Origin: Licmophora abbreviata
Taxonomy: Eukaryota
Assembly (NCBI GenBank): GCA_900291995.1
Contig: OLMU01000222.1
Coordinates: forward strand, 1 to 33,231
Reading direction: 5' to 3'
Length of the DNA: 33,231 bases
The notes beneath the pieces are model-generated. The model was not told the origin of the DNA, searched no databases, and saw only the letters and a program-made list of their open reading frames with translations. Shown in pieces: positions 1-11,100 of the stretch. Each line of letters starts with the position of its first letter. Position 1 is the stretch's first letter. Made by a program: the position numbers and the translations under genes.

Positions 1-270
1 CCTTCATCACAGGTCTTTGTCCAGGAATTTGGAATTTGAAACCGCGACGGAGTAATAAGTCACGGATCCCAGTCATGGATCTTCCTGCCGTGAGAGCCAC
101 TCATCCTTCGATGAAATACTAGGATGTGCAGTACTTTATGTGCGCCACGCCATCAAGCACACATTGACGAGCCGCCGACGACGACGGTAGACAGCTCCAT
201 CGCCTCTGTTGTTGACCCATTTCAACGATACCTTCGACTTGTCGATTTTTGGTATCGAACCTCAGTGATC

Positions 271-625
271 ATGGATCTGTCCAAATTGACGCCGGAACAG
301 CGCCAAGCCGTCATGGTACAAGCGCAGAGAGAAGCCAATCAACAAGTCATGCAAAGCATGATGGAGAAGATGGCTAAGTCATGTTTTGACAAGTGTGCTG
401 GAACCTCGGTGCGTTTACTCTACATTGAATGATAATGCTTCCACGTTGCGCACCTGGTACCGCTCGTGTACAGTCGTCTGACAGAATACTGCCCGTCCGT
501 ATCACCCTTAGGGAGACCGATTGGATAGCAGGGAGCAAGCATGCATGGCGTCATGTCAAGATCGGTATCTCGATATTAGAGCTCAAGTTCAGGAAGCATT
601 GCAGAAACGACAGGGAATGCAGTAG
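271..625 (+). CDS. TIM13: Mitochondrial intermembrane-space small Tim chaperone (Tim8/Tim13 family, Tim13-like), 2 exons: 271-408, 512-625; 83 aa
   Basis: Removing the GT..AG intron 409-511 joins MDLSKLTPEQRQAVMVQAQREANQQVMQSMMEKMAKSCFDKCAGTS to GDRLDSREQACMASCQDRYLDIRAQVQEALQKRQGMQ*. This gives the twin CX3C motif (CFDKC, CMASC). The subfamily (Tim13 vs Tim8) is a judgement call. Confidence 0.85.
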
Positions 626-1061
626 TGATAATACTTACACAACATACGGTCATCATCAAATGCGCATGACGCGTTGATTGGTGATTGGCGTCGTCAGATT
701 GATGTGGTAGAGAAGCAAATTCAAAGCTTATGAGGCGACAACAACGACAAAGAAGGAATATTAGAGAGAAGTTACTGCTGATATCCATGACCATCTCTAG
801 CTAGGACGGCCTAATGGCTGTCTGTTGGCCGACATTTTTTCCGTGCCGAGAGAGCATCCACCGGAAGATCGTCGCGCAATTATTGTAGACAGATTGTGAC
901 GCATGATACATCAAGCCTGAGTGAGGTCGTCTCATGCCTTCGCTGGGATTGACTGACTCCTTCGATTGATTCCCCTCATCTCTACATCATGGGAACTTGG
1001 AGACGCCCTTAGGTTTGATGAGACCGCGAAGCCACCCCCACACGGAGACGAGATGAAGCAC

Positions 1062-1148
1062 TTTTTCCTTCCAAAAAAGGATCATTTTGAATTGTTTTGA
1101 AGTTTTGAATTATTTTGAATTGTTTTGTTTTGAGTTTTGGTATTTTTT
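1062..1148. repeat. AT-rich degenerate tandem TTTTG(AA) repeats / phased T-tracts
   Basis: About 7 copies of TTTTG(AAT). T-tracts start at 1085, 1095, 1103, 1113, 1123, 1128, 1135 and 1143, with further A/T tracts at 1062 and 1073. The stretch is clearly more AT-rich than the surrounding coding DNA. Confidence 0.7.
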
Positions 1149-1395
1149 CATACACTCTTTTCCACGTATCCTTAGCCCAGAGCTCGTAACTCAATAGATC
1201 AATCAGTCGAGTGAGTCAAGTCAGCAAAAAGTCGAGTGATTGATTGATTCATTCGACTCAGTTCACGATACTCTTCGCTATTTTCAATTTCGAGAGTTGC
1301 GTTTGTCTCCTCACTTTTCGACTGTGTGATCGCTGCAGCCATCTGCTGTGCTGTGAAATTCATTTGTTTCCGTTTTAACAATCACTCTTCACCTC

Positions 1396-4300
1396 ATGAG
1401 CACGAATCCTTTCGATGATCATGTGGCTATGGGCCGAAATTTGGGCGGCGGCCGGTCCAGCAAGTCGAAACACCGCTCGCATCGAGCCGACAGCACCGTC
1501 GAGCCCCCTATTTGGGCAGCTCGCAACGTCGAATGGCCGATTCCCTCGTCTCTCTCGCTTGCAAACTACCAGAAGCTCGTGAAAAGTAACAAGACGGATG
1601 CTGCGTCAACTGCTACGGCTGACAGGAAAGAAGAAGGGGGAGACGAAGATAGCAGCAACTACTTAGGTCTTGGCGGACTTATGAGTCGCGTCCTCAATAC
1701 TTCAGGAACCACCACGGACGAGGGCATTGATGAGTTTCAGACAGCAGCCTCTTCGGGATCCACGGCACGTCTCGTTCGGGCTCCTCGACCTCGCTGCGTT
1801 GCCACATCCAACGGATGGATTGTTTCGGCCTTGGAGGTGGCCACGTCGACAGCACATCACGGAGCGGCGCACGCGACACGACGAACTCTAGTCAGCAGAT
1901 GGAATGTCCGTCGAGGAAGCTCCATCAGCACTGATCCCTGGCTGCCATTGCCAGGAACGTCGGAAATTGTGCACGTCTTTGTCGATCCCACGGGGTGCCA
2001 TACGCTCCTGTCGGCACACAGTGGGGAGACATACTACTTGCACTCGTCCAGTCGTTCCATTCAAAAGATTTTTGGACACGATTCGACGGGAGGTATCCCG
2101 ATGCAGTCGGGAGCAGCGGTTCAGAGTGGAGTATCGGCTACAATGGCTGCTATGGCGCATCAGCCCGATTCCGTAATTCAAGTAGGCCTCACGAGGGGTA
2201 GCTACATTACTGCAGTGGCTTGGGACAAGGAAACAGGAACGGAGGGATCTTCCAAGTCTATTTTACTGGGAACAAGCGCAGCAGAACTCTACGAATACAC
2301 GCTGGACGCGGCAACAATTGGCTCTCCAAGCGGCGGCCAGGAACCGCCTGTTTTGTTGCACAAGTTATACGCATCGGCAGCATCCAACGAAGAGGTAGCC
2401 CAAGTGACTGGAGTTCATTTTGAGCGTCTTGCAGGTGCCGGCATGATTGTTCTAGTTTCGACAAGTGGAAGACACAAACGAACTCGTCTCTTTACGTTTC
2501 ACTCCTTTGGAAGTCATACCAGTTTCCGATCTGTCTTGGCTCAGCAGAGCTCGTTGGTGGAGTTGCCAGGGTCGATTGACTTTGCCGATTTCAGATTATG
2601 CAATGAGCATTTCGCGCTTCGTACGGCGACTGGTATCTACTACGGAACGATTGATCGGAATTCGGCTGCAACAGGGACCACGGGTGTCATTGTTGATGCC
2701 GGTATGTTGACTTATGATGACGCGTCGGCCAAGGATGGGTCGAATGTTGTCCCAGTCTCGATTGCATTGACTCCGCATCATCTCATTACTCTGACTGAGT
2801 CGGATGAAGTACGCTTCATCAACCGCGTTGCGCGCCAAGCAATTCAGAAAGAGCGGGTGGATTGGGTGACGGCCGGATCTTCGACAGGCGTAGACGAATC
2901 TCTTCTCTCGATGGGAGAGCTCATGATGGATATTCGAAGGCCCGATCAAGTTTGGCTTCGCAATGCTAGATCTCTTGTCCACATTTCTTCCACGTGTGAG
3001 GACCGCGATGTTTGGAAGTATAGTCTTGCAAAGTGCTTGGAAGTGTCACATACCGTGTCGGGTCGCTCTCCAGCGAAACGACCCGGGCTGGGCATGCCAG
3101 AGTTTGTTCGTCAAATGTCGGCTACTCCAACCATTCCAGTTTTGTCGGAAGAAGAGAAAGCACAAGAAGCCATGTTTGAGCATGCGAAGAGTCTGTGCAC
3201 CAACACAACACAGAAAGCAGTGGTGACGGCTGTTCGCGCTGAATATCATTTGCTTCAGGGTCGTACCGAGCTGGCTGCCAAGTACATGGCACAGTGCCCA
3301 CCCACGCTTGCGCCCTTTGCAGGCACGTCAATTCGCTTGTCTCTGCCCATGCTCGGCGTCGACGACCCCCTGGCCTACGGACACTCTCTTCAGGCGAAGA
3401 AGAGTCTCGGGTCCAGTAATCTTGCGCTCATCACGTATTTAAGCGACAAGATGCGAGTTGCCAAAATGAATGACGACAGTGTCGCGTGCACCATGGTCGG
3501 CGCTTGGCTTACCGAATTGTACCTACACGAGAAAGAACGGACTCATAGATCCGCTTTGGGCATTACGACGCCCTCCAAGAAGGGTTCGCGAGCTGCCGAA
3601 GCTTCGAGCCAGGCTCTGCTCACTCAGTTTTTGACCAACAACGTGAATAATATGGACGCGAAGACGATCATGCGGATACTTGCATCACACGATGTCGGTG
3701 CAACTGAGTGCTCCAGTTTTGCTGCCGCGTCGGGGGATATCGGGACCGCCGTGAACGCGTCACTTGGTGTCCGAACAAACGAAATGGTACGAGCGACTCG
3801 TTGACCACAACCTCACACTTGTTTCCACTAGCGCCAATCTTATTTTTCATTGTCCTTCTCTCTATCAGGCCGGTGCCCAGGACGCGCTGCGGATTCTCAA
3901 TGATGCCACATTTGAAGTAGCTGAGCCATACTACTACAAGCATGCACCTCTTCTTCTCGCTCGGGCTCCGACGGCTGCGTCAGAGAGCTTTCTGGCACGG
4001 TATTCTCAGGGGTTGAGCCCCGCTAAGCTTCTGCCGTCGATTATGCGCTACGAGAAGCTGAGAGCAGAACGTGGGAGAACTGAGGGCCTCCGTGGCGGGG
4101 TCGAGGAAGAGAAGGACCCCGACAAAAGTTCGGAAGACATTGATCAGCTCCGTGTCGAAGGTTCCAAGTCCAACATCGACGGCGTCGAAATCCGCTTTCA
4201 ACGCCCTGAATTACATGCTGCTCGCTCGTTTGTGGGTGACGAAACTGCGTCCATCAACTATTTGGAAGGAGTGATTAAGGCTGGATGCAGGAATAGCGCC

Positions 4301-5453
4301 GTCTTCACGTACCTAGTTTCGCTCTATACAGGAATGGAAGACGAAGAACCCCTGCTTCGTTTTCTTTCGGTCCATATTGCTGCGGCCACAACGATACTTG
4401 AAGTCAACCAGAGAGCCCTGCACGCGGGTGCGCTCATGCCCCTCGAAGTGGGCTTGTCCTCTCCTTTGGACATGTCGTATGCGTTACGTGCTGTTCTAGC
4501 TTCGGGGCGACATTTCCGCTCCGCTATCCGGTTGTACATGGGATTTGGTATGCGCCAACAAGCCGTCGAGCTCGCTCTGAATGTCGACCCTCCGTTGGCA
4601 CGAGAACTTGCCCGCAAGAGTGTCGACGAAGATGAGCGTAAGCGTCTTTGGTTGATGATATCTCGAAATGCAGCATCGGGGGGCTGACGGGAGGGGAGGG
4701 AAAGATGTTGTGGCGCGAGTGGTATCAGTGTTGAAGGACTGTGGCCCCGATGTTCTTTCAATTGAAGATGTGCTACCTTTTCTGTGAGTTTCAATCGTTT
4801 TGCTTCTGTATTCGCTTCCGCCATCAGCGGACTTGGTGTCACTCATCTAATGCATCTCCGCTGCCGTGTGTAGGCCTGATTTCGCACAGATCGATCAAAT
4901 CAAGGATGAAATCTGTGACGCTCTCACTTCGTATTCATCAAAGATCGAAGGATTCATCAAGGAAATGAACGAGTGCGACCAAACCTGCGAGGCTTTGCGC
5001 AATGAAATCACAAGGCTTCGGAGTCACCGCATGCAGATGAAAGCTGACGCCCGGTGTGCTTTGTCAAAGAAGTTGGTTCTCAACGCGGGTGGGCCGTTTT
5101 ATGTGTTCCCATCTGGATATGTTTTCCTTGAAAGCGCCTTAAGAAAGGAAGTTATCCCTCATTTGAACAAGAAGCAAGCGTTACGGGTCGAAGAAGTAGT
5201 GGAGTCCATGGCCGATCTGCGACGGTCGCCATCGGCAACCGTGTCAGAAGATGACGAGACAAAACTGGAAGCAATGCAAGCTGAGCTGGACGGCCTCATC
5301 GCAGCTGAATGTCCACTGACTGGATCGATCATGGTAGACAGTATTGACCATGGTTTCGCAGATTGCCTCGAGGCCGACGAGATCTTGGCGTCGCGAGCAT
5401 TTGTGCCTTCAGACGGAGAAGCTGCGTCCGCGTCAATGCCAGTTCAACAATAG
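1396..5453 (+). CDS. VPS18: Vacuolar protein sorting 18 (Pep3/VPS18, HOPS/CORVET subunit); exons 1396-3786, 3869-4783 (apparent +1 frameshift at G6 run 4678-4683), 4874-5453
   Basis: N-terminal propeller with VHVFVDPTGCHTLLS and ITAVAWD...ILLGT, a WLTELYL helical repeat region, KRLWLMI, LSIEDVLPFL|PDFAQIDQIKDEIC, and a C-terminal degenerate RING (FYVFPSGYVFLES...LIAAECPLTG). Introns 3787-3868 and 4784-4873 are GT-AG and preserve the frame. Confidence 0.9.
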
Positions 5454-6231
5454 AGTGTTTTTTCTATAGTGTGGTGAAGTTCGCTGCGCCTTTGAATACG
5501 GCGGCAGCGGAACCAATCGTCTGTTGAGGTAAGGTGGGACGCGATCGCAACATCGAAAGGTAAGAAAATATCGCCAATAATGCAGTCGGAAGTGAATAGC
5601 CCGAGCAGCCGACTCTCACAGCCCAGCTCGTCCTCTAGAGTTCTCTTGACTCGTCGTCGATGACTCTGGGAGAGCTTCTGCTGGACTGGTTGCCTGAAGT
5701 ATTTCATACGCGCAGTGCAGAGGACGGAACCATCGAACCAACGTCGTGTGATACTATGATACGACTTGTACTGTGGAAGGCGTTCAGGTTCCGCTGTCGA
5801 CCAGTTAAGCGCTCCTTCGACTGTGTCTATGCCATGCTGAGCAGTCTTTATACGTCGCCATTGTCACGAGAAAACATCCGTGCAGCGACAGGCTATCATC
5901 GACGGGAAAAGACAAGTACACGAGAGGTTCGCACCAGCCGCCGTGCACGTCGCCATTGTCAAGAGATAGCATTAAGACAATAGTACGAAGTAGTAGACTA
6001 GGTTAGCCACTTGTGGACTGCATTGACGTAGCAGTACCCCTGAGAAGGTGTGCACTTACTCGAGCTCTACAAAAAATACCTTAACCCGTGGGTGCTTGCT
6101 TGCTGGGAAGTCAGCGTCTCGGTGCGTATACCGATCGAATGGTTCGAGTTCCCGTCGAGGTGTGGCTGGGAGTCTGTGGCACAGTCCGTGGCGCGCCTTT
6201 TCGATCCGATGATGCTAATTCTAAATCCAAA

Positions 6232-8030
6232 ATGACCGACATGACGACGGCTCGCATCAGTGCCCTTGTCGCCGTGGTCTGGCTCTTCAGCCTGCCTCTG
6301 GTGGTCTCAGAGGGAGCGCCAACGCTGACATGTTCAATTCCAGAGGAGCAGGAGCGAGAGCTGGATCCAAATCTGAAAGAAATGAAGGTGAATCTCGACG
6401 GAGAAGACTTTTCGTTCCTTGCGTACGTACAGCCAGATGTGGCGACATTCTACAGAAACAAGGACAATCCGCCCGCTTCCACGGCCGTCACTCCCATGTT
6501 CAATGGCCACGCTGCTAAATTCATCAATCTGAGCGACAAACCTCTGAATCTGTTTTGGGAACCGAACGAAGGCGGCGATCCTTCTTTGATGAGACTGATG
6601 CCTGCGTTTCATGGAAGTGGGACAGCTAGCTTTCCAGGGCACCGCTTCTTCTTTTCTGACCCAGAAACTCCATCCCAAAAGCTGATTCTCTTCATCGTTA
6701 AAGCCTATCCGCAGAGTCTGTACGCATACGACCCCTATGAAGTCCAGGGCGACCTTGAGGCGACCAAAGCGAATCTGGGGAAATTGACCCCTGACCAACA
6801 GGAGAAGTACAGACTTCTTAAACGATCCTTGCAGTTTAGCGACGAGTACATGAAAGTCACAGGACGACCGTACCTTGTCAATTTTCCTCGACCGCGCCCC
6901 ACGCATTTCATGTGGCCTGCAGACTACTTCGGTCAAGAGCATTGGGTGACGACGAGGGAGACGCACTTTACCACCATGCCGTTGTCTGATGATTCGAAGG
7001 AGAGGGTTCAAGAAGTTGGCTCCAAACGAGTTCTGTCGGACAACGACCCTCGTCTACTTGCCAAGCACCGTACCTCGGAGTCAGAAATTATGAACATGAC
7101 ACTGAAAGTCCTATCGGTGGCACCTCGTGTCCTCGAAATCCCTGACTTTCTATCGTCGGTCGAAGTGGATCATATTCTTGAACTCGCTGCTGGCGAAGAC
7201 ATGAAACTCTCGTCGACCGGACAGGACGCGCCTGGTACTCGATCAAATATGACCGAAACCGAAAAGAGAGCTCGTCGCACGCGAACATCCTTCAACTCGT
7301 GGGTTGAGCGTGACCGCACCCCGGTGATCGATGCCATATACCGTCGAGCGGCGGACTTGTTGCGCGTCGACGAGGCGTTGCTGCGATACCGAGGAGCTGA
7401 CGAGTACCCCGACCTTGGGACGAAGAAGTCAATTGCAGAAGCACTCCAATTGGTCCATTACGATTATTCACAGGAGTACACAGCGTAAGTGTTCTGAGTC
7501 CGTCAGTCGAATCGTCTCTTCTGAATCCTGTTTTAACGATGTGCCGTTCTCGTTCTTGCAGGCACCATGACTTCGGTTATTCCCCGGTTGATGCCACGTT
7601 TCAGTCAGCGAGATATGTCACGCTCCTCTTCTATCTGAATGAAGGAATGGTTGGGGGATCTACAACGTTCCCCCGGTGGGTGAACGCCGAGTCGTTTGAA
7701 GAGCTGAGGGTCCAGCCTGAGATCGGAAAGGTATGTTGCGAGTCAGATGAACGTGGGCCCGGTCGCGATGTCGGTACGTCTGGTCGTGATGCTGTTAGCT
7801 GACTCATTCGTTCACGCCATTACAGGCTGTCCTGTTCTACTCCCAGCTTCCAGACGGAAACATGGACGACTTCTCCCAACATGCCGCAAAGTAAGTAGAC
7901 TACTCTCGCACAAATGATTGCCGTTGTACCATCATTTTCTAACACAAACATTGGACTCGACCAAAGGCCTGTTTGGGAAGGTGAAAAATTTCTGATTAAT
8001 CTCTGGATGCACGATCCAGTGTATGAATGA
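6232..8030 (+). CDS. Secretory-pathway prolyl 4-hydroxylase (2OG-Fe(II) dioxygenase) with N-terminal VHL-beta-like domain; exons 6232-7484, 7562-7730, 7826-7890, 7967-8030
   Basis: Signal peptide (ISALVAVVWLFSLPLVVSEG). P4H motifs LSVAPRVLEIPDFLS, RTRTS, EALQLVHY, HHD (HxD), TLLFYLNEGMVGGSTTFP, AVLFYS...HAA.PV..GEK...NLW. Three GT-AG introns give an intact frame. Confidence 0.88.
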
Positions 8031-8175
8031 GCTAAGCCGAGTACTTGTGCCTAAAGAGTAGGGATCGCGCACTCTTGGGTTGAGCGAATACACAAAACCT
8101 GGAATAAGTTAGAGTCACTAGCATGTTCATAATAATAAGAATGTAGCATTTTTAAAACGACGACCAGACAAGCCG

Positions 8176-11100
8176 CTATGCGACAACCAGTCCAACATTT
8201 GGTGTTGCGCCTTTGCGCTTGTTTGAACGATCGGCCTCCACAAGTCTCCGCAACTCCCCTCTTCTCTGCTTCAACAAATCGCTTGGTACGCCATATTCGA
8301 GCATCTCTCCATCGCCGAGCACCGCGATCTTGTCATAGCCAAGTACCGTATCAAGTCGGTGCGCCACAGTAATGACCGATACACCTTTGTCAACAAACTC
8401 CCGCCGAATCGTTGTTTGAACCTGTGCATCAGTTTTCGGGTCGACACTAGAGGTCGCCTCGTCCATGACAAGTACTTTGCTCTTCTTCAAAAGAGCCCTG
8501 GCGAGACAGAGCAGCTGTCGCTGCCCTAGACTGAGATTCTTGCCACCTTCGCTAACGAGAGTGTCGAGCCCTGTGCCCGCAAGACGAAACTGTCGCGCTA
8601 GCTCTGGCGACGCAGCGCTGAGAGCGGCCCATGCGTCTTCGCGACTAGCCTTGCCACTAGCATCCAAGTTGTACATGACAGTTCCCGCGAAAAGAACGGG
8701 ATCCTGAGGAATGATCGAAAGTGTCTCACGGAGCGTTTGTAACGACACCGAACGGATGTCTATTCCATCAATTTCGATGCTTCCACCTCCTTCGATCTCA
8801 ACAAGACGGAACAGGGTTAAAAGAAGCGACGACTTTCCAGACCCTGTGCGGCCCACAATGCCTAATGTAGTTCCAGCAGGCACGCCGACGCTCACATTTT
8901 TTATAACCAGAGGAGCCGTTGGCTTGTACCGCATGGACACGTTTCGGAAGACTACTCCGCCTTTCCACGGCCATCCCGCGTCGATGAGAGCGGCATCGTT
9001 GTCCGGGGCTACCGAAGCCGGAGAAGCGACCGACTGCAACTTCATCAGAGCTTCTCCAGCTGCCGCAAATTCCTTCGGCATCCGGGCCATCTCTCTCCCA
9101 GCATCGGTCTTTCCATCGTCCCGCATTTCGTCTGCGTCTAGATCTGTTAGCTCTTTTACTCTCATTACGCTCATCATGTGAGTTTCCAAATCGGTAAGGC
9201 ATCTAACTGCCCAAGTCAACAGACCGGTAATAGCGAGTGCTTGAGTGAGGCCCCATCCAGCAGATCCTGCTTTGAGCTGGCCTGACCTCGTAAGAAAGAC
9301 CGACGCCACAGCGGATGTGAACACGATCACGTTGCCAAGAGTTTCGAGTCGTATCGATAGCCAGCGGTCCAATGCCTTCACGGAGTAGAATACGGAGAGG
9401 TTTCGATCAGTAAGACTTCGATGCTGTGCAGACCATGTGATCGGGGAATTCGGAAAAGCTCGAATAATCTCTGCCCCCCGAAGTGCCTCGCCAAAGTGAG
9501 TGTAAATGGGTGAGCGGCTCTTTGACTCTGTCCGCTTCATATCGCGGGCCGCCACTCGGAAACGAGACATTGTCCTCTTATAAAGGCCGCCGATCACTGC
9601 CAGTGGAAAAATCATTCCTGGTGTTATCACTCCAGCAAGAGCGGCTCCCGACAGGAAAAGTTGGAGAAAGCAGAAGAGTACAGAGCCAATGCCATCGGGC
9701 AGGGCACGATCGACGGTTTCAAGTTCTTTTCCGAATCTCGAAAGAAGTTGCCCCGATGGAGTTGCATCGAAGAAAGATATAGGTGCAGCGAAGACTGAAG
9801 AAAGCATTCTGCTATGCAGGAATTCGGAAGCGCGGACACCCATTCGCATAGTTAGGTAGCTGCGTAACCATAGGAATACGGACACTACACCCGCGGCATT
9901 GACGAGGGATCGCAGGTACTTCCCGCCAAGCGCAATTGCCATGGCATCGGCAGTTCCGACTTCGGTCCACTTTGCAACCACATACTGCTGAAAGAACTGA
10001 GCGCCATTGGCTAGTAGGTACGAAGTTACCATTGCCACAATCAATGCAGGACTTCCGACCGACTTGAGGTACGTTTTGTACGTCGAAAAAGGTACTGCTC
10101 CAGTTGTCATAGCGTCGTCAGTTGACGTAAGCTTTTTCACTGGCGGTGCCAGAACCTTGTTAACGGGCTGAACACTGCCATTGTCTGGACTTCCTGCCTC
10201 AGTCACATTGCTCACGGGAAGTCTCGTATTGTCATCCTCAGGAGACGAGCTCTCATCGACATATATCGTGGGAGTGCTAGGGACAACTTGATCCGCGATA
10301 TAGTCAGGTACATTCTCCATACACTTCTGACAGTCTGGATCTGCGTGGCTCGAGTGGTCTGTAGCGTTCGCGGGCACCTCGTACCCACCCGCCACACGGA
10401 TTGTGTCGAGATGGGGTCGCCTAGTTGAAACCATAGAATTCATGCTACCGCCTAGTTCGTTCGAGCTGAGTTCCTCGGACTGAATGTCCAGATCGCCCAG
10501 GTCGTGGTGCGTTGACAGACTTTTGAGATCATGCCCCCGAGAAAGCAAGTCGTCGTATGTTCCCGAATCTATCACCGTCGAACACGACGATGACTCATCA
10601 GACTTGCCCACGATAATCACGCGGTCGCATCGTCGGGGCAGTGACGGGTCGTTCGTGACAAGTACAGTCGCCGCGTTAGATCTACGCAATCGCTCAGTGA
10701 GACGGTCAAATACAGAAGATCCAACAGACGCATCGAGAGCCGCGAGCGGGTCATCTAGCAGGAACACTTTCGTGTCATCGTCGCCATAGAGTGCTCGCGC
10801 GAGGGCAACACGAGCACGTTGGCCTCCCGAGAGCGAAGAGCCTCCTTCACCCACATCCGTGTCATGGCTAAGCATGCCTCGTGAAGCGGCCTCTTTCGAG
10901 TTAGCGTCACCAATACTATCAACAATGTCACCGTCCAGTCCCGCGTCCCTCAACGCGCTAAGGTACCGGTCTTCGTCGTACTTTCTCCCGAACACAATCG
11001 CTTCTCTAATTGATCCCTTCGGAAGCCACGCCTCTTGGGAGCAGTAGCCAACATTTCCTTGCAGAACGACAGATGGCTTATCCATAACGCCGACGGAATT

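Noticed and set aside
925..1066. Possible ncRNA (TGATGA box, GTCTCAT/ATGAGAC inverted pair, T5 run)
   Set aside because: No suitably placed D box, hammerhead core incomplete, and pairing too short to support a call.
6334..7011. 225-aa minus-strand ORF
   Set aside because: Antisense shadow of prolyl hydroxylase exon 1.
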